Assembly: GCA_951406725.2 (NCBI GenBank)
Contig: OX597814.1
Location: forward strand, 17,484,001 to 17,548,000
DNA length: 64,000 bases
Direction of reading: 5' to 3'
From: Octopus vulgaris
Taxonomy: Eukaryota
Shown: positions 25,837 to 39,291 of the stretch, piece by piece
Layout: each line of letters starts with the position of its first letter
How positions within the stretch are numbered: position 1 is the stretch's first letter
Notes under the pieces: generated by a model
Told to the model about the DNA's origin: nothing
The model's input: only the letters and a program-made list of their open reading frames with translations
Databases searched by the model: none
Made by a program: the position numbers and the translations under genes

Positions 25837-26410
25837 GGCGGTGAGCTGGCAGAATCGTTAGTACGCCGGGCGAAATGCTTAGCGGTATTTCGTCTGCCGT
25901 TACATTCTGAGTTCAAATTCCGCCGAGCTCGACTTTGCCTTTCGTCCTTTCGGGGTCGATAAACTAAATACCAGTTACGCACTGGGGTTGATATAATCGA
26001 CTTAATCCGTTTGTCTGTCCTTGTTCGTCCCCTCTGTGTGTAGCCCCTTGTGGGTAATAAAGAAATAGATATTTCGTCTGCCGCTACGTTCTGCGTTCAA
26101 ATTCCGCCGAGGTCGACTTTGCCTTTCATCCTTTCGGCGTCGATTAAATAAGTACCAGTTACGCACTGGGGTCGATGTAATCGACTTAATCCGTTTGTCT
26201 GTCCTTGTTTGTCCTCTCTGTGTTTAGCCTCTTGTGGGTAGTAAAGAAATAGGTATTTCGTCTGTTCTGAGTTCAAATTCCGCCGATGCCGACTGTGTCT
26301 TTCATCCTTACGAGGTCGATAAAATAAGTATCAGTCGAGCGTTGGGGTTGATGTGTCCAACTAGCCTCCTCCCCCGAACTAGCTGGCTTTGTACCAAAAT
26401 TTGAAATTAA
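25837..26410 (+). mobile_element. SINE B multimer (head + 2 long-tail units + diverged third unit)
   Basis: Junctions AGAAATAG(A/G)TATTTCGTCTG near 26068 and 26252. Confidence 0.88.
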
Positions 26411-26621
26411 TATTATTTTAATAAATAATTCATTAACATCGTAGAACAGTCTGCCGAGCACTAAAGCATTTAACAAAAAAAAAAAAACACAAAAGAAAAA
26501 GAAAAAGAAATTGTAGTGCAGATTCACAATATCGAAGTCAGCAAACTTGTAATATTTCTATTCTGTGCGCCATCAAACCTCTTGACTGTTGGCATCATGT
26601 CGTTCCAGTTGCGATAAATCT

Positions 26622-26799
26622 TTTCTACTCTAGGCGCAAGGCCCGAATTTTCTGGGAAGGGACAGTCGATTAGATCGAACCCAGTTCGCAACTGCTACTT
26701 AATCTAACGACCCCGAAATTTGAACTCAGAACATAAAGACAGACGAAATGCCGCTAAGCATTTCGCCCGGCGTACTAACTTTTCTGCCAACTCGCCGCC
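26622..26799 (-). mobile_element. SINE B (short tail) with core deletion
   Basis: Family match. Confidence 0.8.
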
Positions 26800-26832
26800 T
26801 TCCAATTGAGGTAAATCGAAAGCAGATATATA

Positions 26833-27249
26833 TACTCTTTTACTCTTTTACTTGTTTCAGTCATTTCACTGCGGCCATGCTGGAGCACCGCCTTTAGTTG
26901 AGCAAATCGACCCCGGGACTTATTCTTTGTAAGCCCACTACTTATTTTATCGGTCTCATTTGCCGAACCGCTAAGTGACGGGGACGTAAACACACCAGCA
27001 TCGGTTGTCAAGCAATGCTAGGGGGACAAACCCAGACACACAAACATATACACACACACTTATATATATATATATATACATATATACGACAGGTTTCTTT
27101 CAGTTTCCGTCGACCAAATCCACTCACAAGGCATTGGTCGGCCCGGGGCTATAGCAGAAGACACTTGCCCAAGATGCCACGCAGTGGGACTGAACCCGGA
27201 ACCATGTGATTGGTTAACAAGCTACTTACCACACAGCCACTCCTGCGCC
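26833..27249 (-). mobile_element. SINE A, full length
   Basis: Family match. Confidence 0.92.
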
Positions 27250-27687
27250 TATATACATTTTTTTTGTTTTGTATGAGTTAATGCTAATATCAATTTACTA
27301 ATTTGCCCTTGAGTCAGTCTTTGTGAGGTTCATTAGTCTATGCATGGGATTGGTATAAGGATTTACTGCATGACTTTTTCAAGGTCATATAGAACTGTTG
27401 TTCGGCTGTACACTCAACTCTGTGTTTAACCGAAACAGCAATGTCCGGGTTTCTATGTTTTTTAAATCCGTTTGATTTTGTTTTTTGTTGTTTTTTGTTT
27501 TGTTTAGTTTTTTATTCGTAAGCTTCTACTGTTGCGGAGAAGAAAGTTATAAATAGATATACGCCGTGTTGTTTTTATATATGCATGTATGAGTGTGTGT
27601 GACTGTATGTCCCTGAACGTGTTTGTATATGTGTATGTATATTCTGTCTAGGGAGAGTGATTATGCCAATGTTATTAACACACGCGT

Positions 27688-27689
<2 letters not shown>

Positions 27690-27747
<58 letters not shown>

Positions 27748-27776
27748 AATACACATATATATATATACACATACAC

Positions 27777-27829
<53 letters not shown>

Positions 27830-28062
27830 CACATATGTACAGACAAGGAGACTAACGGCGGTGCATTAGCATGGCCGCAGCTCTGAGCTGAAACTAGAAA
27901 AAAATACATACATACACATATATATATATATATACATACATATATACATATACATACATACACACACATATATATATATATATACACATACATACAAGTA
28001 TGCATATACATACATATATATATATATACATACATGTATACATATACAAACATACATATATA

Positions 28063-28109
<47 letters not shown>

Positions 28110-28110
28110 T
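27690..28110. repeat. TA/CA microsatellite field containing a 50-bp retroposon tail (27853-27904)
   Basis: GGCGGTGCATTAGCATGGCCGCAGCTCTGAGCTGAAACTAG(A)n, also present at 53565-53619. Confidence 0.8.
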
Positions 28111-28363
28111 ATGTATATTTGAGTGCGAGCAGGGTTATCCATGCTCACACATAGAAGCGCACCCTCATTTATATATGGGGGTTTATGTGTGAATTGGTTT
28201 GTGCGCATATGTATAAATAAATATATGTGCATACATACGTGCATGCATATGTTACTTTGCGGTGTGTATGGGTCTCTTTGTCATTACAAAGCCAAGATGC
28301 ATGAGAAAGTGAGAGACACTGGGGGGTGGGATGGGGGGACGAGAAAGAAAGAGAAAGAGAAAG

Positions 28364-28414
<51 letters not shown>

Positions 28415-28638
28415 CAAACATACAGACAATCAGACGGGCAAACGTACAGACAAGGAGACAAACTTTAACAGACATGCGAACAAAATAGTCAGACAGACTT
28501 AGATAAGAAGTATACACGTGTGTGTGTGTGTGTGTGAGAATGACAGGGTGTGAATGTGTGCTTATTTGTCTGTCTGTGTGTGTACGCGTGTGTGTGTATG
28601 AGTGTTTGCGTATTATGCAAGTCTATATATCTCTGTAC

Positions 28639-28685
<47 letters not shown>

Positions 28686-29093
28686 TGTGATTGCTTTGCG
28701 TCTATATCGCGTTTAAGAATATCAGTAACTGGGAGACCGTCAGATTTAAACAAACAGACACTCGCAGACATAAACAAACAAAGTAGCTGATAAACAAACA
28801 AACAAGCAAATAAAATAAAGGAATTAAGAAAAACAAGTACAAAAAAAAACAAAAAAACATCGAGAAATGGTAAGGCAAGAATCCCCCCCCCCTGTATGTT
28901 GGGGGTGTTTTCGAGGCATCTCCCACACAGCGGTAGTGCCAAAAATTCCAGACGCTTCGCTTATGCAACTATTCATGCTTAGATTCTACTAGATGTCAGA
29001 AATGTATTGTGACGCCAGGCACATGTACAACACACCTAACACAGAGACATGCGGGCACCTTTACACATACGCATACACGTCTGTGAGCCTGTC

Positions 29094-29126
<33 letters not shown>

Positions 29127-29387
29127 CTGTAAGTGTGAGTATGTTTATGCGTTTTGTGTGTGTTGTATGCGTGTTATGTTCTTTAACTAATCAGGGAATA
29201 TGTAACAAGTTAGTTGTATGTGAATATATATATGTGTGTGTGTGTGTGAGTTTGTATATAAATATATATATATATACATCTATATACATCTATATACTCA
29301 TATATATATATATATATGTGCGAGTGTGTGTGTGTGTGTATGGACATATACAACCATATATGTGTATATATATATATATATGTATGA

Positions 29388-29438
<51 letters not shown>

Positions 29439-29503
29439 GGTCCCGGTCTGAGTCGGGGTTAACCACAGTAAATAAGGTACTCAATACATAGCAGAATAAA
29501 TTA

Positions 29504-29830
<327 letters not shown>

Positions 29831-30189
29831 AAACATACATACATATGTACATGCATGCATATATACATGTACACACGCACATTGTATAGATTCGTTCACA
29901 TGTAGCCCTGTCTCAAATGTATATGTAAATACTAAAATTGCCAAGTCCCCTAGAGGGTCATAAATATCTGTGCTTAGCTAAGTTTCATAGCGTTAAATGT
30001 ACATAAGATAAATTCCCCATGGATAGGAAGCTAGTCCATCACAGATTGCATTTCATGATAATGTAGTAGCTATTCTTCTCTGCGCAGCATAAGTGTGCTT
30101 AGAAGAAAAAGGTACACAACTCAAATATATATGCTATAAAATTTCATCACCAACACTTGAAATCGCAAACTTGAGCACATATATATCTA

Positions 30190-30555
30190 TCTATATATAT
30201 ATAAAGCTGAAGTCGTCTATGTATGGCAGGTTTGGTAGCCTTCAACTAACACTATCTCTTCCGAGACCCTGCGGCGCAAGTTGACCAAAATTGAGAGTAT
30301 GATAGAAGAAGGTTTTCAAATCGGACCATGTTAACACCAAAAATTATTTACATCAAAAAGGTACTTTTTTTCTATGAAAATCCCGATTTTTTACGATTTT
30401 TTGACCGCTGTGTCGCCAGTTTTCAGTGAATTTCAACCAGAAAAATGTTCCCTTAAAGAGAATAACAAGCTACATAATGCAGAATTTTTACTTTTCAAAA
30501 ATTCCGATTCTAAAGGGTCGAAACAAACCCGAGCAACGTCGGGCGATACTGCTAG
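30190..30555 (+). mobile_element. Non-autonomous Helitron-like element with a different body
   Basis: A|TCTATATATATATAAAGCTGAAGT ... AAACCCGAGCAACGTCGGGCGATACTGCTAG|T. Confidence 0.8.
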
Positions 30556-30586
30556 TGTGAATATATATATATAGGTATATCCACAA

Positions 30587-30973
30587 ACTCTTTTACTCTT
30601 TTACTTGTTTCAGTCATTTGACTGCGGCCATGCTGGAGCACCGCCTTTAATCGAGCAACTCGACCCCGGGACTTATTCTTTTGTAAGCCCAGTACTTATT
30701 CTATCGGTCTGTTTTGCCGAACCGCTAAGTAACGGGGACATAAACACACCAGCATCGATTGTCAAGCAATGCTAGGGGTACAAACACACACACGCATATA
30801 TATATACATATATACGACGGGCTTCTTTCAGTTTCCGTCTACCAAATCCACTCACAAGGCTTTGGTCGGCCCGAGGCTATAGTAGAAGACATTTGCCCAA
30901 GATGCCACGCAGTGGGATTGAACCCGGAACCATGTGGTTGGTAAGCAAACTGCTTACCACACAGCCACTCCTG
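30587..30973 (-). mobile_element. SINE A
   Basis: Family match. Confidence 0.92.
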
Positions 30974-31320
30974 CACTCACAATTGGATATGAGTATATTT
31001 CTATACGTATCAATATGTGGGTATAACAAAATCAGAGTGTACTCAACACATCGCATCTGTAGAGTGTAAATTTGTTCAATGATTTTATGAAATTTGTCTA
31101 ACTAGTTTCATATTGCTGTTATAGACGGTAATACGTCAGGAGTAATCCTCAGTTAACTACAGAAAACTGCCTAAATTTGAATATGGAAAGGTTGTCATTT
31201 TTTAATATGGCTGACAAAAGACATCGAGATGTTAAGTTGGAGCAAATTGAACGTAATATATATTTAGTTTAAAGAACAGTAACTAATGACTGCAGATACT
31301 TCATGAGTGTGCGTGTTCGT

Positions 31321-31401
<81 letters not shown>

Positions 31402-31402
31402 T

Positions 31403-31613
31403 AGTTCAAATTTATAGAAAAACAAAAGACGAAATCAGATGGAGGAACAACACGCAGGTGTATTAGTTTAACGATCCAGGAAAAATAGCAATGTCTGTTT
31501 CGTTTCGAGCCTACGCTCTTTGACAGAAAGGAATAAGAGAGGAAAAAATGGAGAGAGAATGAAAAAGAAACGGAAGGAAAAAATATTTAGAGTCCAGTAG
31601 TTCAACATGGCGA

Positions 31614-31615
<2 letters not shown>
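31403..31615 (-). mobile_element. Penelope-like terminal-repeat remnant (family E) with a decayed hammerhead
   Basis: Minus strand CTTT-CTGTCAA-A-GAGCGTAGGCTC-GAAACG; flanked by microsatellites. Confidence 0.55.
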
Positions 31616-31654
<39 letters not shown>

Positions 31655-31754
31655 GTTTCTACATGTTTCTACATGTGTGTGTATATTGTATGATTTTGAC
31701 TATTCGCATTGTGAAACCAGAATAAACCTTTTCTTCAACTTAATTTGAATTATG

Positions 31755-32150
31755 TGATGGCTGCGTGGTAAGTAGCTTGCTTCCCAACCACATAGTTTCG
31801 GGTTCAGTCCCACTGCGTGGCACCTTTGGCAAATGTCTTCTACTATAGCCTCGGACAGACCAAAGCCTTATGAGTGGATTTGGTAGATAGAAACCGGGAG
31901 AATCCCGTCGAATATATATCTGTGTGTGTGTGTGTCTGTATGTCTTCCTGTTTGTGTCTGTCCCACACCATCGCTTGACAACTGATGTTGGTGTGTTTAC
32001 GCCCCTGTAACTTAGCGGTTCAGCAAAAGAGACCGATAGAATAAGTAATAGGCTTACAAAGAATAAGTCCTGAGGTAGATTTGTTTGACTAAAGACGGTG
32101 CTCCAGCATGGCCGCAGGCAAATGACTGAAACAATTAAAAGAATAAAAGA
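31755..32150 (+). mobile_element. SINE A (diverged)
   Basis: Family match. Confidence 0.88.
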
Positions 32151-32635
32151 ACAGAAGAATCTATATATGAATGTGTTTGCGAGTTTTCGTGATTGCATGG
32201 GAATACGTAAGTATATGTATGTTAATGTGATTATGTATATGTTTGTTTACCTATTCTACATACATGAATATACCGGATTCATACATTAGGAAATACGTAT
32301 AATAATTAAATTAAATCTCTATTTACCTTACACAACATGCCGTGTTTCGATTACAAACTCAACGTAATCAATTAATTTCCATTTGTTATTTAATTCTCTC
32401 TGTCTGTATTATATTGTGTTCTTTCTTATACTTAAATGTTGATAACTACATATAATGAATACTTGCATTGCCATTTTCTTTTTTTTTTTTTTTTTGCTGT
32501 TGCAATATCTCTAACTTTGTGGTTCCTTTTTATATATAGAAAACGATTAGCGTTGTTAAACCTTAGTCTTGAATGGCCACTTCCCAGAGAAATTGATCTG
32601 ATGATTTATAAATGTTAGACTTTAACAATTCTTAC

Positions 32636-32796
32636 GAGGAGTGGCTTTGTGGTAAGTAGCTTGCTTACCAACCATGTGGTTCCGGGTTCAGTCCAACTGC
32701 GTTTCACCTTGGGCAGGTATCTTCTACAATAGCCTCGGGCCGACCAAAGCCTTGTGAATGGATTTGGTCGATGGAAACTGAAAGAAACCTGTCGCA

Positions 32797-32849
<53 letters not shown>

Positions 32850-33112
32850 TATTTATATTATGTATATGTATGTATGTATGTATGTATTTATGTGTGAGTA
32901 TATGTTTGTGTGTCTGTGTTTGTCCCCACAACATCGCTTGACAAACCGATGCTGGTGTGTTTATGTGCCCGTAACTTAGCTGTTCGACAAAAGCGACCGA
33001 TAGCATAAGTACTAGGCTTACAGAGAATAAGTCTTGGGGTCGATTTGTTGGACTAAAGGCGGTGCTCCAGCATGGCCACAGTCAAATGACTGAAACAAGT
33101 AAGAGAGTAAAA
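32636..33112 (+). mobile_element. SINE A with expanded internal microsatellite
   Basis: Family match. Confidence 0.88.
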
Positions 33113-33225
33113 TAATATGATAATTTGTAATTACACATTTAGCGCAATCGAATTAGCCGACACTCACAAGTGAGTAAGGCTTGCTAACATGTGCTATACT
33201 TTTGTTTTAGGTGTCTATGGTGTCC

Positions 33226-33455
33226 TATTTCTTTATTACCCACAAGGGGCTAAACACAGAGGGGACAAACAAGGACAGACATAGGTATTAAGTCGATTAC
33301 ATCGACTCCAGTGCGTAACTGGTACTTAATTTATCGACCCCGAAAGGATGAAAGGCAAAGTCGACCTCGGCGGAATTTGAACTCACAACGTAACGCAGAC
33401 GAAATACCGCTAAGCATTTCGCCCGGCGTGCTAACGTTTCTGCCAGCTCGCCGCC
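33226..33455 (-). mobile_element. SINE B with a perfect 19-bp TSD
   Basis: TTAGGTGTCTATGGTGTCC at 33207-33225 and 33456-33474. Confidence 0.95.
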
Positions 33456-33519
33456 TTAGGTGTCTATGGTGTCCGCCTTCAGTTTACTTGCGCAGACTCT
33501 AAACTGGACTGTTCAGCCG

Positions 33520-34187
33520 GAACATGTTTAGCACTTTCAAATTTGAGCGGAGCAGCACTTCTCTTTGATCTCTCACTTCCCCTTTTCAAACAAAACTTGA
33601 AATAGTTGATGGGGACTTGACCAAAAAAAAAAAGGAATTCTGTCTTTAAACCTTTCAAATCTTGTCCAACATATGTTCTCCTTCGCCAAAGCTACCAGAT
33701 TGATTTTAAAAAACGGCTTGTACTTCCTGGCTAAAGGAAGGTGACAATACGATCTATACAGCAGACTCAGTTGATAACAAGATACGTTCTGCACGTGGAA
33801 GCAGTTGTTTGACATAACTCAACAAATCAACAGAGCTCGGCTATTGATCCAGTGCGTGCAGTTCAGTCACATCGATTTGTGCGCAGTATATCCCCGCAGC
33901 ATGATCAGGGTAGGGAGTTCTGGAAATTATCTATGGTTCCCGGCTCGAAATTCCTCCGAAACAGACCAGCTGATTGGTTTTCGTACACGCCCAAATTATC
34001 TCCGCGTATTGCCCTCCATAGAACACAAACGTGGGACTTTCAGCGACCAAATCATCCAGCTGGAAGTGACCTGTGAGAAACTGACAACATTGCAGATGCC
34101 AAATGGCCTGTCACAGTCGTTGCCCGAACCAAAACTGGCTGCGCAGAGATGAATTGTAGAAAAACTCGTTTGACAAATGGCGATCAC
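33520..34187 (-). pseudogene. Heavily decayed hAT (Buster/Charlie-like) transposase fragment
   Basis: Scattered motifs in the expected order across frames: GNDCDRPF..VVSF, LCSMEGN, GLFRRNF..DNF, IYCAQ..ELHA..DLL. Confidence 0.35.
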
Positions 34188-34191
34188 ATAT

Positions 34192-34405
34192 ACTCCTTTA
34201 CTCTTTTACTTGCTTCGGTCATTTGAATGTAGCCATGCTGGAACATCGCCTTTAGTAGAGCAAATCGACTCCAGGACTTATTCTTTGTAAGGCTAGTACT
34301 TATTCTATCGGTCTCTTTTGCCAAACAGCTATGTTACGAGGACGTGAACACCACCATCGGTTGTTAAGCGAAGTTGGAGGGACAAACACAGACACACAAA
34401 CATAT

Positions 34406-34436
<31 letters not shown>

Positions 34437-34606
34437 CATATATACGACGAGCTTCTTTCAGTTTCCGTCTACCAAATCCACTCACACGGCTTTGGTCGGC
34501 CCGAGGCTATAATAAAGACACTCGCTCAAGGTACCACGCAGTGGGATTGAACCCGGAACCATGTGGTTCGTAAGCAAGCTATTTACCACACAACCACTCT
34601 TGCGCC
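34192..34606 (-). mobile_element. SINE A (diverged)
   Basis: Family match. Confidence 0.88.
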
Positions 34607-34620
34607 TTAAAATGTTTGAC

Positions 34621-34691
34621 GCTTACAGCACCTAGGTTTCCCAAGCAGTCACCCATCTAAGTACTAACTAGGCTCGACGTTACTTAACTTC
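34621..34691 (-). pseudogene. 5S rRNA pseudogene fragment (3' about 70 nt)
   Basis: Minus strand GAAGTTAAGTAACGTCGAGCCTAGTTAGTACTTAGATGGGTGACTGCTTGGGAAACCTAGGTGCTGTAAGC matches the box A-IE-box C region and 3' end of metazoan 5S rRNA. Confidence 0.85.
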
Positions 34692-34719
34692 CTAATTGTA
34701 GGTTCTATTTTTATTTTAA

Positions 34720-34875
34720 GTTTGGCCTCGAGGTTATCCCTCCGACGGATCTCATTATACAGTGTCCTACCTACAACATCATGTCTCAGCGGAAGATTAT
34801 ACCGTGATGACATTTTCGGACAACTACTTATGATATGGATGATATCTTCGGTGTTACCCCCACATTTTGCATCGG
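34720..34875 (-). pseudogene. R4/Dong-like non-LTR retrotransposon fragment (zinc knuckle + RHD motif)
   Basis: KCGGNTEDIIHIISSCPKMSSRYNLPLRHDVVGRTLYNEI. Confidence 0.75.
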
Positions 34876-35167
34876 TTATCACATTTTGTAGTAATGCGGT
34901 TGTTGGTCCATGATAGACTGCTTTGATAATCAATGTTACTATCATCCCGGAGCTTTCTCTAACATATGCATGGTCTTCTGCTGATATACACTCATCCTTT
35001 CATCTGATGATGCGTTGCGATAGAGTCACGTGGCATCTTTGGGCAGGTATTCAAGATTATCGGCAAGGAATACTGCTTTCCAAGTCTCATGATGTTATTA
35101 GCCTCATGTATGCAAACTTATGTATGTATGTATGTATTATGTATGTATGTATGTATGTATGTATGTG

Positions 35168-35398
35168 TATTTCTTTATTGCCCTAAAGGGGCTAAACATT
35201 AAGGGGAGAAACAAGGACAGACAAGTGGATTAAGTCGATTACATCGAGTCCAGTGCGTAACTGGTACTTTATTTATCGACCCCGAAAGGATGAAAAGTAA
35301 AGTCGACCTCGGCAGAATGTGAACTCAGAACGTAACGAAAGACGAAATACCGCTAAGCATTTCGCCCGGCGCGCTAACGCTTCTGCCAGCTCGCCACC
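35168..35398 (-). mobile_element. SINE B (long tail)
   Basis: Family match. Confidence 0.9.
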
Positions 35399-36448
35399 TT
35401 TAAATGTATGTATGGGTGGATGGATGGATGGATGGATAGATGGATGGATCCCCCCTCCTTGTTTAAAATCGATTCTAGTATATTCCTGATATCATGTTTT
35501 CAGAAAAGCTACTCACATCTAACTATTTATTATCTTCTCATTCGATAGACGTGGCTGAATTCCGATGCTTACGCATATCCTCTGATCGTTAAGATAACAT
35601 TCTTTTAAAAATTTGTCCCCCTAAATTCCACGTGAATACTGCTCACTGAAAAATTGTTATTCACTCATTTTTGTTCCCTATTTAAAAACATTAAAAAAAA
35701 TGTTGCGATGTTTGCATTTCAGTTCTTCTCAAATATTTGTTTATTCATTTTGTGTCACTATTGGGAATATTTCTATTGATAAGTTTGCATTTTATTCAGT
35801 TAAACAATTAGCAAAACCCATTTTTGTTTGCCACTACAAATTTCAATCAATTAATTCAAATATTTGTTTATTTATTTAAGTGACTGTCAGGTAAGTATTA
35901 TGGAAAACTTTCTCTTCGTTCATATTTGCTGGATATTGTTAGAAAATCTTTCTGTGACAGTCGCATTGTTCTCTATTTCGAATGAGTATTGATTTCTATG
36001 CTACACAATAACCTTTCGAGATGCTTTCAATTTCTAATCAGTTAAAAAGAATAGAGTTAGTAAAACCCATATTCAGTTTCTGCTACAAACTTCTTTCTAT
36101 AATCTCAAGCAACCGTTCGTTTATTTATTTAGAGAACCAAGCGAGATATCATAATTTGGTCTCAGGAGGAGATCCACATTACAAGCAATTAGGATTTACG
36201 TAAACTGGTATCAATATGAGCCTAAAATTACTCAGGGTGGTGCTCCAGCATAGCCGCAGTTCAATGACTGAAACATATAACGGATATGTGGTATATCTCT
36301 TGCCACCCTTTCGTCACTGGTACCCATATGAAATTTCCTACCGCACTCAGGCGACAATACTATCCATTTCAAGAATCACTGGCTGATCCGTCCTTCAAAT
36401 TTCAAGCCATTTGCCAATGTAAGAAATCCTTAGGACGCTGTAAGGTAT

Positions 36449-36476
36449 TTAGTCCTTTGTAGGCAGTAAAGAAATA
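36449..36476 (+). mobile_element. 28-bp SINE-B-type tail with a 17-bp TSD
   Basis: AGGACGCTGTAAGGTAT at 36432-36448 and 36477-36493 around TTAGTCCTTTGTAGGCAGTAAAGAAATA. Confidence 0.8.
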
Positions 36477-37315
36477 AGGACGCTGTAAGGTATAAAGAAT
36501 GACTAAAAGCATCGGAAAAAATGATAGCAGATTGGCAGAATCCGAAAAGCATTGGTGAATATTATTTGTGGTATTTTGGTAGGCTCCTTTATATTCTGTG
36601 CTCAAATTCCGGTGGGATCAGCTTCCGTTTAAATAAACAAGCTAGTCAAGAAATCGTGAGGACAAAATTCACTGTATCTTGCATATACAGCTTCGTGTGT
36701 ATCATAGAAAAGCCTTGTTAAAAAATTGTTATATCTGTTTTTCTCATCGCATGTAATAGAAGATATCATGTAAGGTTAAGCCTGAGTGAGCAGATATAGA
36801 ATACGGGAGATTATCATGTTTACTAGTTGTAGATACATAATATCTTCAGATTAACTTAAAAAGCATTAGACATATCAGGGGTGCTTATGATTAATAACAT
36901 AGAATAACTTTATATACCTGACAGATATGTGATACAGTCACACCTCCATTAATCGTATCTCATTACGTTGCGGGCGATGTTTTGCTGTATATTTTATTTT
37001 TGCTTCCGTTTTTTTTTTTTTTTTTTGCTTGGTTGTATTTGTTATTTAGATAGTATCGTTTTGTACGGGTTATGAGTGACATAGGATGGTGCCGCGGGCG
37101 TTAGATAATCGATAAATATATTTGCTACACAGAATAAAAATGGCAGTATTGAACAACTTCCGAGGTAAACAGCAATTTGTAACCTGTATCCACGACCAAA
37201 AAACCTCCAACATTTGGATCTTTTCTGTTTGTATGTATATGTCCGTTTGTATGTGTGTGTACGCTTATATATATTAATTACTATGTGCTTGTGCAAATGT
37301 ATATGCATGTGTTTG

Positions 37316-37365
<50 letters not shown>

Positions 37366-37789
37366 TGTGTGTGTGTGTGTCGTGCGTCTGCTATATTTCT
37401 TTATCAATATCGATAACGCAGCAATGCTGGGATTTCATTGGTTAAAATTCGAAGATGTTGGGATTTCATTCGTTAAAATTCGTAAAATTAAACTACGTTT
37501 AAGTTACGAATTACAATTTTGTTTTCAATTTTGTTTACAATAATGTTTTCTTTTGACACATTCTACCAGTATACGAAGTTTCAAATTGTTTAGTTAACTA
37601 GAAAATTCCGTCTATCAAACAGAAAAGATCCCAACATTTTCCTGAATTAGAGGGAGACATCGCAGCTTAAATAATTTACTGCTGTAAAATTACACAACTA
37701 AGGAACTGTACTGCGTTTCGTTAGTGTAAGGTGCCGTGTTCAATTCTTACTGCATGGAACTGCATGCAAGTAAATAATGGATTCTTCTA

Positions 37790-38535
37790 CAAGGTCGTTA
37801 GAACGTTAGATAGAATGCTTCACTGTATTTGTCCCAGATCTCAATATTCTGAGTTCAAGTCCTACGACGGTCGACTTCTCCTTTCATCTTGTCGGAATTG
37901 ATCAAGAAAAATAAACATAAATTCATGCAATGGGTTAACAGAAAAAGTAAGAGTAAAGGTCGTATTTATTTATGATTCTTTGCCTCTGTGAGTTCGAATC
38001 CCGCCCACGTCAACTTTACATTTTATCCGTCCATGTCCGATCAATAAACATCAAGTAGGTACTAGGTGTTACTTTTTTTTACCTTTCATCTCACCTAATA
38101 TGAATTGCCTTGTAACAATTACAGATATCAGTATTACATTCTTCGTTAAGATGGTGAACTGGCGGAATCGTTAGCACTTTCGGCAAAATGCTTAGCAGTA
38201 TTTCGTCCGTTTTAACGTTCTGAGTTCAAATTCCGCCGATGTCGCCTTTCATTCTTTCACTGTCGATAAAATAAGTAGCAGTTGGACACTGGGGTCGATG
38301 TGATCGTCTTAAACCCTTGCTCCCGAAATTGCCGGCCTCGCGCCAAAATTTGAAACCAATATTATGTTCTTTGTTAAAGCGGCGAGCTAGCAGAATCCAC
38401 AGTACGCTGAGTGAAATACTTAGCAGCAATGTGTCCGTCGTCACGTTCAAATTCTAATTCCTTTTGATGCTCGATGAAATAAATACCAGTTGAGTACTGG
38501 GGTTCATGCAATCGACTTACCACCTCAACCGAAAT
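37790..38535 (+). mobile_element. Cluster of old SINE B copies
   Basis: Several GAGTTCAAAT/GAGTTCGAAT B boxes followed by CTTTCATC..TCGAT cores. Confidence 0.65.
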
Positions 38536-38625
38536 TATGACGCATTGAGAATGAGCCCGAATTCACATAGCTGCAAAACGAGCTTCTTGACCACCCAACC
38601 ATGCCTGCGCCTATAACTGAAAAAC

Positions 38626-39291
38626 TGGCATTCCATCGGTTACGACGGCGAGGGTCACGGTTGATCCGAATAGCAGAACAGTTTGCTCGTGAAATTAACA
38701 TTTAAGTGGCTGTGTACTCCACAGACACGTGTACTTTTAACGAAGTTCTCTGGGAGATTCAGTATGAGGCAGAATTTAACAAGGATGGTCTTTTGAAATA
38801 CTAGTACTACTCACTTGTGAAGGTGCATGGCTCAGTGGTTAAAGCGTCGAGCTTACGATCGTGAGGTTGTGAGTTCGATTCCCGGACCGGGCTGCGTGTT
38901 GTGTTCTTGAGCAAGGCACCTTATTTCACGTTGCTCCAGTTAGCTCAGCTGTAGGAATGAGTTGCGACATCACTGATGCCAAGCTGTATCGGCCCCTTTT
39001 CCTTTCCCTTGGATAACATTAGTGGTGTGGAAAGAGGAGGCCGGTATGCATGGGCGACTGCTGGCCTTCCATAAACATCCTTGTCCGGACTTTTGCCTCG
39101 GAGGGTAACTAAGTAGGTGCAATCCCATGGTCATTCATGACCGAAGGGGGTCTCCCCATATTGTCAGTTGAGTGGACTGGAGCAATGTGAAATAAAGTAT
39201 CTTGCTCAAAGACAGCGCGTCGCAGAGAATTGATCTCGCGACTTTATGATCGTGAGCGGAATAGCCTAACCATTAAGCCATACGCCTTCAC
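38626..39291 (-). mobile_element. Old CORE-type (OR2-like) SINE split by a younger insertion
   Basis: Tail at 38626-38818 shared with family C; head and core at 39160-39291. Confidence 0.7.
38819..39158 (+). mobile_element. CORE-type SINE with a distinct tail
   Basis: tRNA head TGGCTCAGTGG..GAGTTCGATTCCC, then GTGTTCTTGAGCAAGGCACCTTATTTCACGTTGCTCCAG, which resembles the MIR core. Confidence 0.75.

Noticed and set aside
34621-34691. Functional 5S rRNA gene
   Set aside because: The 5' 45 nt or so are missing, several substitutions are present, and there is no oligo-T terminator
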